From Ferroglobus placidus DSM 10642 (GTDB lineage: Archaea; Halobacteriota; Archaeoglobi; Archaeoglobales; Archaeoglobaceae), in assembly GCF_000025505.1 (NCBI RefSeq), contig NC_013849.1, positions 510,001 through 542,000 of the forward strand: a stretch of 32,000 bases of DNA. Direction: 5' to 3'. The first letter of the stretch is position 1. Every line of letters starts with the position of its first letter. Positions 1 to 7,867 of this stretch are shown in pieces. The position numbers and the translations under genes are program-made. The notes under the pieces are model-generated. The model had not been told where the DNA came from. It saw only the letters and a program-made list of their open reading frames with translations, and searched no databases.

Positions 1-167
1 CCATAGAGCCCCTGGTAAAAAAGCTGGATGGCCCAGTTAATACCACCCGCTATGAAGTCCACGATCGGATTGCCTCCCCCTGTGTTGTTTCCTTCCTGCG
101 CCGCAACTGGCAGTATAACCGCTGTGAGTATCGCAATCAGCAGTATGGCCTTTACTACCTTCATCAT
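1..167 (-). CDS. hypothetical secreted/membrane protein, N-terminal part only (gene runs off the left edge)
   Basis: Absent from the ORF track because the window edge truncates it. The reverse strand has ATGATG at 167-162 and then reads MMKVVKAILLIAILTAVILPVAAQEGNNTGGGNPIVDFIAGGINWAIQLFYQGLY... This is a basic n-region, a hydrophobic core and a VAAQ context, which looks like a signal peptide. An AT-rich TATA-like element lies at about 181-196. Confidence 0.4.
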   Translation of the reverse strand, partial: MMKVVKAILLIAILTAVILPVAAQEGNNTGGGNPIVDFIAGGINWAIQLFYQGLY

Positions 168-296
168 ATTACACTATAGGTTATATTATGATAAAGCTTT
201 CTGTTGTTGCTTGATTGGTGGTTAGAGGAGAATATGGGAAGAAGTGTCATGGCATAGATAAACAGTTAAAAACTGTGGTTTTACTTATAGTGTAAG

Positions 297-302
297 AAAA
301 AA
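297..302 (-). terminator. oligo-T stretch (T6 on the minus strand) 25 nt downstream of tRNA-Ala
   Basis: The plus strand reads aagAAAAAAgag. Archaeal RNA polymerase terminates at oligo-T runs. A perfect inverted repeat, ACAGTT-aaa-AACTGT, follows at 262-276. Confidence 0.35.
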
Positions 303-326
303 GAGTGTTTTGAAATGCAAATTATC

Positions 327-400
327 TGGACCGGTGGGGATTTGAACCCCAGGCCTCCGCCATGCCAAGGCGGCGCTCTTCCAGGCTGAGCTACCGGCCC
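327..400 (-). tRNA. tRNA-Ala (anticodon GGC)
   Basis: The reverse complement folds by hand as GGGCCGG TA GCTC AGCCTGGAA GAGC G CCGCC TTGGCAT GGCGG AGGCC TGGGG TTCAAAT CCCCA CCGGTCC A. The G3:U70 alanine identity pair is present and the anticodon loop is TT-GGC-AT. No intron and no encoded CCA. Confidence 0.95.
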
Positions 401-432
401 AAGTGATTGTAATTTATCTAACTCCATGAGCT

Positions 433-440
433 TATAAGGT
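433..440 (-). promoter_or_regulatory. TATA box (CCTTATAA on the minus strand) for tRNA-Ala
   Basis: The element ends 32 nt upstream of the mature tRNA 5' end and is preceded by an A-rich BRE-like CCATAAA. The identical octamer sits at the equivalent position upstream of the second tRNA (27326-27333). Confidence 0.6.
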
Positions 441-496
441 TTATGGACAAGAGAAAAACATATTTTTCAAAGCAATAACCCTTTCACTGTTGCCCT

Positions 497-2008
497 ATGA
501 GAGGCGAAGTGGGGAAAATTGTCGGAGAAGCGACGCCTTATGAGTTCAGCTTTCAAATCTACAACCCTCTCGAAGTGAAGAAAGGAGATTTCGTGAAAGT
601 TTGGAACGACGCTGACGGATGGTTTGCGGCTTACGTTTCTGAAATAAAGGCTGTTTCAAAAAGCGATGAGAGAGATGGAAGTGAAACTTATCTGGCTAAA
701 GCAGTAGTCCTCGGAAAGAGAAGTGGAAAGAGCATAATTTTGCCGAAGACGCCTTTCGTTCCCGGAGATAGGGTTTTTAAAGCTGAGGAGGATTTCGTTG
801 CTGAATGCTTGGGATTTTACGAAGACGGCGTTTACTTGGGATACCTTGGGGATACGAAAATAAGAGTAACCCTAAACCCCAACACTCTCGTTCAAAAGCA
901 CGTTTGCATTTTGGCAAAAACGGGAAGCGGAAAAAGTTACACGGCAGCAGTAATAATCGAGGAACTGCTCGAGAAAGACGTGGCTCTCCTGATAATAGAT
1001 CCCCACGGAGAATACGAGAGCTTAAAGTATCCGAACGATGACGAAAGCCTCGAGGAGTTTGGTTTAAAACCGAAGGGTTACGCTGACAAAGTCAGGATGT
1101 TCGTTCCTCCTAAATCTCCGTTAGCTGACAAAGCCGACGGCATTCTAAGGCTCGACGGAATAAATCTATCTGCTGAAGAAATAATTGAAATGGGAGAAAT
1201 TAGAAAATCCTCGGCTCAGGCAGCTATCTACCAGTTAATACGGGAGATGAGGGGAAGGACTTACACGATTCAAGATTTGATAGATGAAGCTGAACAACTA
1301 AGCGGGAATCTCAAAGCTGAGATAATTGGAGCTTTAACTAAGATCGAAGAGACTGAACTTTTCAGCGAAAATCCAACGCCTATAGATGTCTTAATGCAGA
1401 AGGGGAAGGCAGTGATTTTAAATTTAGCCGGAGTAGATCCAGTTCATCAGGACATAATCGTGGCTAAGGTTTGCAGGGAGATATTTGAGATGAGGAAAAG
1501 GGGAGAGATAGATCCGGGGATGATCGTTGTCGATGAAGCTCATAACTTCGTTCCGGAGAAAGGAATTGACAAATCTGTTTCTTCGAGCATCCTCAGAACT
1601 ATAGCGAGCGAGGGAAGGAAGTTCGCTTTAGGACTTATGATAATTAGCCAGAGACCTGCAAGGATAGACAAAAACGTTCTCAGCCAGTGCAACACCCAGA
1701 TAATCCTTAGAGTTACGAATCCCAACGATATAAACTCGATAAAGAGGGGGGTTGAAGGGATAACCTCGGAAATGGTGGAAGAAATAAAAAGATTACCCGT
1801 CGGACATGCTCTCGTGATCACTCCCGACTTAGAGAGGCCGGTAATAGTTAGAGTTAGAACGAGAAAGAGCAAGCACAAAGAGGCTGAAGAGATAATTAAA
1901 TTTGAAAAGAAAAAAGCGAAGAAAGAAGAGAAAAGAAAGGACAGCCCGAAAAAGGAAATAAAGGAAAAGAAAGGGGGATTTTTCAAAAAGCTTTTCGGTG
2001 GTGATTGA
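497..2008 (+). CDS. HerA/FtsK-superfamily ATPase (DUF87/HerA-like) with a K/E-rich C-terminal tail
   Basis: 503 aa. The N-terminus looks like a HAS barrel (GKIVGEATPYEFSFQI...GDFVKV). Walker A is ILAKTGSGKSYT, followed by LLIIDPHGEY. Walker B is MIVVDEAHNF, and LMIISQRP is also present. The tail is discussed in the findings. Confidence 0.85.
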   Translation: MRGEVGKIVGEATPYEFSFQIYNPLEVKKGDFVKVWNDADGWFAAYVSEIKAVSKSDERDGSETYLAKAVVLGKRSGKSIILPKTPFVPGDRVFKAEEDFVAECLGFYEDGVYLGYLGDTKIRVTLNPNTLVQKHVCILAKTGSGKSYTAAVIIEELLEKDVALLIIDPHGEYESLKYPNDDESLEEFGLKPKGYADKVRMFVPPKSPLADKADGILRLDGINLSAEEIIEMGEIRKSSAQAAIYQLIREMRGRTYTIQDLIDEAEQLSGNLKAEIIGALTKIEETELFSENPTPIDVLMQKGKAVILNLAGVDPVHQDIIVAKVCREIFEMRKRGEIDPGMIVVDEAHNFVPEKGIDKSVSSSILRTIASEGRKFALGLMIISQRPARIDKNVLSQCNTQIILRVTNPNDINSIKRGVEGITSEMVEEIKRLPVGHALVITPDLERPVIVRVRTRKSKHKEAEEIIKFEKKKAKKEEKRKDSPKKEIKEKKGGFFKKLFGGD

Positions 2009-2350
2009 ATGCCAGACTACATCGTGGTTTTGCAGGGGGCTTGGATAGTTAGGAATGCGAAGAGCGTTAAAGATGCGATGAACATAGCGGTAGCTGAAGC
2101 TGGGAAGAGACTGAATCCAGATCTCGATTTCGTTGAAGTTGACGTTGGAACTACGGAATGTCCCAAATGCAAACAGCCTTTGAAAAGCGTTTTTTTAGTA
2201 GCCAACACAGCTCTCGTTGGACTGATCTTTGAAATGAAAGTTTATAATGCTCAAAGCAAGGAACATGCTGCAAGAATAGCCAAATACGAAATTGGAAAAA
2301 GATTGCAGAGAATTCCTCTTGAGGTTATTGAGGTAGTGGAGCTCGAGTAA
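2009..2350 (+). CDS. UPF0212/DUF555-family small archaeal protein
   Basis: 113 aa. The ATG directly follows the HerA-like stop (TGA|ATG). The sequence MPDYIVVLQGAWIVRNAKSVKDAMNIAV...TTECPKCKQ matches my memory of the archaea-specific UPF0212 family. It has a single CxxC. Confidence 0.7.
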   Translation: MPDYIVVLQGAWIVRNAKSVKDAMNIAVAEAGKRLNPDLDFVEVDVGTTECPKCKQPLKSVFLVANTALVGLIFEMKVYNAQSKEHAARIAKYEIGKRLQRIPLEVIEVVELE

Positions 2351-2389
2351 GGAAAATTTTTTGTATTCTTCGAGGTATCGTAGAACTGC

Positions 2390-2878
2390 ATGGAAAGAGC
2401 CGAGGAAATTCTGAGAATCCTTGAAGATAACGCGAAGGTTTCTCCGAAGGAAATAGCAGAAATTCTCGATATGAAGGAGGAGGAAGTTGAAGAGATTATT
2501 AAAAAGCTTGAAGGAGAGAAGGTAATTTTGAAGTACAAAACCCTCGTTAACTGGGAAAAGCTTGGAGTCGAAGAGGTGTATGCGATTATTGATGTTAGAG
2601 TTAATTTAACGAGGGAGAAGGGCTACGACGACATAGCGAAGAGAATAGCTAAGTTTCCAGAAGTGCATGCTGTTAGGCTCGTAAGCGGTGAGTACGACTT
2701 TCAGGTTGTTGTGAAGGGGAAGTCGCTGAAGGACATAGCTTTCTTCGTTGCCGAAAAGATTTCCACGATTCCGGAAGTTAGGGACACGGTTACCCACTTC
2801 GTTCTAAGAACGTACAAGGAGGAGGGAGTTCTTCTCTTCGAAGATGAAGAAGATAGGAGGCTTGCAATTGTCCCGTAA
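2390..2878 (+). CDS. Lrp/AsnC-family transcriptional regulator
   Basis: 162 aa. The N-terminal wHTH reads ILRILEDNAKVSPKEIAEILDMKEEEVEEIIKKLE. The C-terminus is RAM/ACT-like (AIIDVRV...VHAVRLVSGEYDFQVVV). Confidence 0.85.
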   Translation: MERAEEILRILEDNAKVSPKEIAEILDMKEEEVEEIIKKLEGEKVILKYKTLVNWEKLGVEEVYAIIDVRVNLTREKGYDDIAKRIAKFPEVHAVRLVSGEYDFQVVVKGKSLKDIAFFVAEKISTIPEVRDTVTHFVLRTYKEEGVLLFEDEEDRRLAIVP

Positions 2879-3998
2879 AGTTAACGAGAAAGTTGCGAAT
2901 TTAAAGCCCTCCGGAATAAGAAGGTTTTTCGACTTAATCATTGGAAGGGAAGATGTGATAAGTCTCGGAGTGGGAGAGCCGGATTTCCCGGTTCCGTGGA
3001 AGATAAGAGAGGAGATGATCTACAGCCTCGAGAAGGGGATCACATCGTATACATCAAATCAGGGCTTACCGGAACTGAGAAATGCGATAGCAGAATACTA
3101 CGAGAAGTTCGGTTTTAAACCGGATCCGGACAGAATAATCGTAACGACCGGCGTAAGCGAGGGAATAGATATAGCCCTGAGAGCTATAATAAATCCGGGA
3201 GATAAAGTTATAATTCCCGAACCGTGCTACGTCTCCTACGAACCCCTTTCGATTTTGGCTGGAGCGGAAGTTGTGAAAATTCCCACAACTCCTGATTTCA
3301 AGCCGAGATACGAAGACCTCGTGAAAGTGGGAAAAGCCAAGGCTATAATAATCAATTACCCGAACAACCCGACTGGAGTTAGCTACAGCCAGAAGGACTT
3401 GGAGGAGATTGCCGACGCAGCAATCGAATTGGACGCGATAATAATTTCAGACGAAATTTACTCGGAGCTGAGCTACACTTTTAAACACACTTCCATAGCC
3501 TCTCTTAACGGTATGGAGGATAGAGTTGTTGTTTTAAACGGGTTTTCGAAAAGTTTTGCAATGACCGGGCTTAGAATTGGCTACGCGATAGCTCCCGACG
3601 AAATCTTCGAAGCTATGCTGAAAATTCACCAGTACTGCATGCTCTGCGCCCCCGTTACTGCTCAAATTGGGGCTATAGAGGCTTTGAGGAACGGAGAGAG
3701 CGATCTCGAAAGGATGAGGGCTGAGTATTTAAGGAGGAGAAACTACTTCGTCCGAAGGCTGCGGGAAGTTTTCGAAGTTAGAATGCCTGACGGTGCTTTT
3801 TACGTATTTCCAAAGATAAATGCGAACAGCGAGGAATTCGCTGAGAGGCTTCTTTTTGAGAAAAACGTAGCAGTCGTTCCCGGTAACGCTTTCGGTGAGT
3901 GCGGGGAGGGATACATAAGATGCGCTTACGCGGTTTCGATGGAAAAGCTGAAGGAAGCGGCTGACAGAATCGTGGACTTTGCGAAAAGAATTGGTTAA
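2844..3998 (+). CDS. class I/II pyridoxal-phosphate aminotransferase (aspartate aminotransferase-like)
   Basis: 384 aa. Contains KPSGIRRFFDL, NPTG and the PLP-lysine motif NGFSKSFAMTGLRIGY. The true start may be TTG at 2868, preceded by GGAGG at 2856-2860, rather than ATG at 2844. Confidence 0.9.
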   Translation: MKKIGGLQLSRKVNEKVANLKPSGIRRFFDLIIGREDVISLGVGEPDFPVPWKIREEMIYSLEKGITSYTSNQGLPELRNAIAEYYEKFGFKPDPDRIIVTTGVSEGIDIALRAIINPGDKVIIPEPCYVSYEPLSILAGAEVVKIPTTPDFKPRYEDLVKVGKAKAIIINYPNNPTGVSYSQKDLEEIADAAIELDAIIISDEIYSELSYTFKHTSIASLNGMEDRVVVLNGFSKSFAMTGLRIGYAIAPDEIFEAMLKIHQYCMLCAPVTAQIGAIEALRNGESDLERMRAEYLRRRNYFVRRLREVFEVRMPDGAFYVFPKINANSEEFAERLLFEKNVAVVPGNAFGECGEGYIRCAYAVSMEKLKEAADRIVDFAKRIG

Positions 3999-4450
3999 AT
4001 TTTTCTGAACATTCTTATCCACTTTCCAAATCTTCCCTTCTCTCTGAACCCATGTTTCTCGTAGAATTTTTTTGCCCTCTCGTTTCTTTCTCCCACCCAG
4101 AGCTCAGCGAAGTCCTTTTTTTTCTCTCTCAGGTATTCTATTCCCTTTTCGAGGAGTTTGGATCCTATTCCTTTTCCCCAGAATTCCCTCTTTACCGCAA
4201 GCTCGTGAATCTCTCCCACTTTCTTCATCTCAAAGGGGCTGAACCAGTTTGAATCGCAAGCTATGACTCCGACAGGTTCAGAAAGCTCTGCAAAGAAGAT
4301 TCCTTCCGGATCTCGATTCATCAGCCACCTGTAGTAATTTTTTATTTCCCTCCTCGTCGTGTAAGCGTATTCCTCCAAATCCTCGTAAGCATCTTGGTAT
4401 ATTTCGACGAAGTGCTTTATGTCCTCTTTTCTACCCCTCCGTATTATCAC
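3995..4450 (-). CDS. GNAT-family N-acetyltransferase
   Basis: 151 aa. The acetyl-CoA binding motif is ELAVKREFWGKGIGSKLLEKGIEYL. Confidence 0.85.
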   Translation of the reverse strand: MIIRRGRKEDIKHFVEIYQDAYEDLEEYAYTTRREIKNYYRWLMNRDPEGIFFAELSEPVGVIACDSNWFSPFEMKKVGEIHELAVKREFWGKGIGSKLLEKGIEYLREKKKDFAELWVGERNERAKKFYEKHGFREKGRFGKWIRMFRKI

Positions 4451-4489
4451 GCTACAAACTTTTTTATCATTGCGAAAATACTTTACTCC

Positions 4490-5458
4490 ATGAAGCTGAT
4501 AAACCTGCTCAGAGATCTCGTCGAAATAGATTCCGAGTCTGGAAAAGAGGATGAAATCGTCGATTACGTCACCGAGTTTTTAGAAGACCTCGGCTACTCT
4601 CCTAAGGTAGAGGAAAAGAAGGTAAAAAACGTGGTATTGGAGGGAAAGGGAGATTTGTGGCTGATTACTCACCTCGATACGACGAGAAAACTTACCGGTT
4701 TCTCCTTCGACGGAGTTTACTGCTACGGCACTGGAGTTTGCGATGCCAAAGCGAGCGTTGCAGCAATACTGAGTGCGATAGAGGAAAGCGAAGAGTTCGT
4801 TTTAAATGTCGCTTTTCTCTCGGATGAAGAAGAAGGGGGAAGAGGTTCGGAGCATTTCGCAAGGAGGAGGAAGGGAAGAGCCATAATAATGGAGCCGACT
4901 GAGTTAAAAGTTGCTGAAGCGCAGTACGGAAGTGCGGAGATTACGGTGAACGTCAAAGGAAAACCCTCCCACGGAGCTTTTCCGGATTTCGGAGTAAGTG
5001 CAATCGAAAAAGCCTACGAGCTGTACGAAAAGATAAAAAACATATGGAGAGGTTTTTCGATTCAGGAGATTAGAGGTGGTGACAGCAGCTACTCTATTCC
5101 AGAGGAGTGCTTTATCAGGTTCGCTTTCGTTTTTCCTCCGGAAGTAAGCAGTAGCGACATTCTTGAAAAAGTTTTGAAAATAGCGGAGAACTACGGTGAG
5201 GTGGAAGTTGTAGAGTTCTGGGATGGATTTTACTGCGATGAAATTGTCGAGCTCGCAAAAATAGTAGAGGAGAGGACTGTTATGAAAAGCTGGACGGATG
5301 CAGCAAATCTAAAAGCTGAGGGGTGGAAGGTGACGGTTTGGGGTCCGGGGGAACTTGAGTACTGCCACACAAAATACGAGAGAGTGAAAGTTGCGGAAGT
5401 CGAAAAAGCGAAGGAGGTAATCGGAAGAATGAACGAATTTATTCTATCCTCTTTCTGA
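4490..5458 (+). CDS. M20-family metallopeptidase/deacylase (ArgE/DapE/LysK-like)
   Basis: Contains ITHLDT, CDAKAS and SDEEEGG metal-ligand motifs. I start it at the internal ATG 4490 (MKLINLLRDLVEIDS). The track start at 4394 would overlap the divergent GNAT gene. Confidence 0.8.
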   Translation: MKLINLLRDLVEIDSESGKEDEIVDYVTEFLEDLGYSPKVEEKKVKNVVLEGKGDLWLITHLDTTRKLTGFSFDGVYCYGTGVCDAKASVAAILSAIEESEEFVLNVAFLSDEEEGGRGSEHFARRRKGRAIIMEPTELKVAEAQYGSAEITVNVKGKPSHGAFPDFGVSAIEKAYELYEKIKNIWRGFSIQEIRGGDSSYSIPEECFIRFAFVFPPEVSSSDILEKVLKIAENYGEVEVVEFWDGFYCDEIVELAKIVEERTVMKSWTDAANLKAEGWKVTVWGPGELEYCHTKYERVKVAEVEKAKEVIGRMNEFILSSF

Positions 5459-6614
5459 AGAATTTTTCCGAAAGTCCAAGGACTGAAGCGAGCCCTATCA
5501 AGTTCTCTTTCGAGATCGTTCCGTCGGCGATCTCTTTCAAAACTTTCTTGGCGTTGAAAGCGATTCCGAGTCCAGCATTTTTTATCATGATTCTGTCGTT
5601 AGCTCCGTCTCCAACAGCCACTACGTTCTCCTCGCTTATTCCCTCTCTTTCGGCTATTTCTTTTATTATTCTCGCCTTTTCCTCAGCGTCTATTATTCTT
5701 CCCTTTATCTCTCCCGTGAGCTTTCCGTCTTTAATTTCAAGCTCGTTTCCGAAGGCGTAATCAAGTCCGAGCTCTTCCTTGAGCCTTTCGGTGAAGTACG
5801 TAAATCCTCCACTTACGAGAGCCACTTTATATCCGCTTTCCTTTAAAGCCTGAATGAGCTCTTTCGCCCCTTCTGTGAGCTTGATCTCGCTGTAAATCTT
5901 TTCGAGAACCTCTACTGGCAATCCCTTCAAAAGCCTGACTCTCTCCCTTAAAGCGGTCTCAAAATCTATTTCTCCGCTCATCGCTTTTTCGGTGAGCTTT
6001 TTAACCTCCTCCTCAACCCCGGCAGCCTTTGCGAGTTCATCTATTATCTCGTTCTCTATCAGAGTTGAATCCATGTCGAAAACTATCAACCTCTTTTGCT
6101 TCTTCGCTATCTCGTAGGGTTGAATGACTATATCCAATCCCGTTTTTTCAATCTCCTCTTTTAGCTGCTTTTTAACCTTCTCCGGATCAGCTTCCCTAAC
6201 ATCGACGACAAAGGTTATTGAAATTAGCTGGTCTCTCGCAGTAAGCGATGTTTTTTCGATGTTTATCCCGTGCTGGTAGAGTATCTTCGTAACATCCCTA
6301 ACTATTCCGACCCTATCCCTACCTATAATCGTGATCTGGTAGAGCTTCTTCTTCCTCTGCTTTTTCCTTTCGAAAGGAGCTACGTGAACATCGACACCTA
6401 TTTCTTCCCCTTTCTCCTTTAATTTTCTTTCGAGCTCCTCTAAGCTTATTTTGCACTTTTCAACGTCTCCAACGATAAACATCAGAAACATTCCCTGAAG
6501 TACGGTCTGCTCTATATCAACTATGTTGACGTTGTTTTCAGCTAAAACTTCCGAAATACCGTAGACTATCCCCGGCTTATCCTCTCCGTAGACGGAGACG
6601 GCTATTAGTTTCAC
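5439..6614 (-). CDS. serB: phosphoserine phosphatase with two N-terminal ACT domains
   Basis: 391 aa. Two ACT-like repeats are present (VYGEDKPGIVYGISEVL and IIGRDRVGIVRDVTKIL). HAD motifs are FDMDSTL, SGG and GDGANDR. Confidence 0.9.
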   Translation of the reverse strand: MKLIAVSVYGEDKPGIVYGISEVLAENNVNIVDIEQTVLQGMFLMFIVGDVEKCKISLEELERKLKEKGEEIGVDVHVAPFERKKQRKKKLYQITIIGRDRVGIVRDVTKILYQHGINIEKTSLTARDQLISITFVVDVREADPEKVKKQLKEEIEKTGLDIVIQPYEIAKKQKRLIVFDMDSTLIENEIIDELAKAAGVEEEVKKLTEKAMSGEIDFETALRERVRLLKGLPVEVLEKIYSEIKLTEGAKELIQALKESGYKVALVSGGFTYFTERLKEELGLDYAFGNELEIKDGKLTGEIKGRIIDAEEKARIIKEIAEREGISEENVVAVGDGANDRIMIKNAGLGIAFNAKKVLKEIADGTISKENLIGLASVLGLSEKFFRKRIE

Positions 6615-6667
6615 AGAGACTTTTGAACGAATCGGTATTTTAATTTACCCAAGTTAGAGCTTTAATC

Positions 6668-7786
6668 ATGCGAGAGAAAAGAATCGATAATCTTCGAGAA
6701 GTGCTCGAAAGAAGAAATCTGGATGTTGCGCTCGTTTTGTATCATCTGAACGTTTATTACTTCAACGCCACAGCCCAGCTTGGAGCGCTGATAGTTCCGA
6801 GAGAAGGGGATCCGGTTTTTTACGTAATAAGAGACTACGAGAGAGCTAAAGAAGAAAGCGAATTCAAGTGCGTTAAGGTGAAAAGCTTCGGGGAAATTCT
6901 TTCGAAAGTTAAGGGTCAAAGAGTAGGAGTAGATTTGAGCTTGGTGAACGGAAAAATTTTGTCGCGACTCAGCGGAATGAGCTTCGAAGACATAACCGAC
7001 GAAATTCTAAGGTTGAGGATGGTTAAAGATGAGGAAGAGATTAAACTTGTAGAGAAAGCAGTAAATATGTGTTGCGAAGTTTTGGAAAAAGTTCCGGAGA
7101 TTTTAAAAGATGGGATGAGGGAATTTGAACTCGCTGCCAAGCTCGAATGCGAACTGAAAATGCTCGGACACGACGGCTACCTTGAAGGCAGAAACTTCGA
7201 TTACCTCCCCAACGTTGTCGTAGCTTCTTCCGGATCAGCTAAACCGAGCAAACTTTCAGCCGTGACTGCTGGAGCGGGAATGAGCGCCGCTTGTCCCATC
7301 GGCAGTGGCAAGAAAAGGATGAGGAGGGGTGATGTAGTCTGGATAGACATCGGCGGAAGAGTGGAAGGTTACAGCTCCGACGTAACAAGGTGCTTTACGA
7401 TAGGAAAAGCGGATGAGAGTGTTTACGAAACTTACGAAAGACTGAAAGAGCTTTACGAAAACTGTCTTAAAATGATGAGAGAAGGGATTGAGGTTGGCGA
7501 GTTTTTCAGAAAAGCTTTCGAGCTCGCTAAAGAGCTTGAAATCTTCGATGGGTTTATGGGTAGAGTGGAAAAGATGAAGTTCGTCGGACACGGAATAGGA
7601 CTGAACATCGACGAATATCCCGTTCTGGGAGATTTCAAGGAAAAGCTAAAGAGAAATGTTGTAGTCGCTTTCGAGCCTAAGGTAATACTCGAAGATTTTA
7701 CGGGATTAGGAATTGAATCGGACGTGCTTATAGGAGAGAAAGCCGAGGTTCTCGATAAAATAACTTTTGAGCTCGTTGAGTGCTGA
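6668..7786 (+). CDS. M24-family Xaa-Pro aminopeptidase/prolidase-like
   Basis: 372 aa. The N-terminus is creatinase-like and the pita-bread metal ligands are present (DIGGRVEGYSSDVTR, HGIGLNIDEYP, FEPKV). Confidence 0.85.
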   Translation: MREKRIDNLREVLERRNLDVALVLYHLNVYYFNATAQLGALIVPREGDPVFYVIRDYERAKEESEFKCVKVKSFGEILSKVKGQRVGVDLSLVNGKILSRLSGMSFEDITDEILRLRMVKDEEEIKLVEKAVNMCCEVLEKVPEILKDGMREFELAAKLECELKMLGHDGYLEGRNFDYLPNVVVASSGSAKPSKLSAVTAGAGMSAACPIGSGKKRMRRGDVVWIDIGGRVEGYSSDVTRCFTIGKADESVYETYERLKELYENCLKMMREGIEVGEFFRKAFELAKELEIFDGFMGRVEKMKFVGHGIGLNIDEYPVLGDFKEKLKRNVVVAFEPKVILEDFTGLGIESDVLIGEKAEVLDKITFELVEC

Positions 7787-7842
7787 AGTCAAATAAATTG
7801 CTCATTCGAAAATTTTTTATATTCTTTGCTATTTTGAGACTC

Positions 7843-7858
7843 AGTGACAAAGTGACAA
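7843..7858 (+). repeat. tandem direct repeat AGTGACAA x2 in the aroA' leader/TSS region
   Basis: Read directly as tcAGTGACAAAGTGACAAGGTGATGGAATG. It lies between an A/T-rich TATA-like element (about 7811-7822) and the SD (GGTGAT) and ATG at 7868. Confidence 0.5.
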
Positions 7859-7867
7859 GGTGATGGA

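Noticed and set aside
28-225. 65-aa plus-strand ORF at the left edge
   Set aside because: The opposite strand encodes a much more convincing signal-peptide-bearing N-terminus (1-167). The plus-strand product is low-complexity and has no promoter or SD.
1904-1978. Polypurine tract of about 75 nt
   Set aside because: It is fully explained as AAA/AAG/GAA/GAG codons for the K/E-rich tail of the ATPase. No independent element needs to be invoked.
805-1986. Alternative-frame and antisense ORFs inside the HerA-like gene (805-1041 plus, 1540-1986 minus)
   Set aside because: They lie entirely within a strongly supported CDS. Their products are arginine-rich or low-complexity, as expected from shadow frames of purine-rich coding sequence.
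4394-4489. N-terminal extensions implied by the track's longest ORFs (4394 for M20; also 15370-15657 for the MBL hydrolase and 26814-26903 for the cyclophilin-like gene)
   Set aside because: The extensions overlap divergent genes or promoters and are not protein-like. Internal ATGs give N-termini typical of the families.
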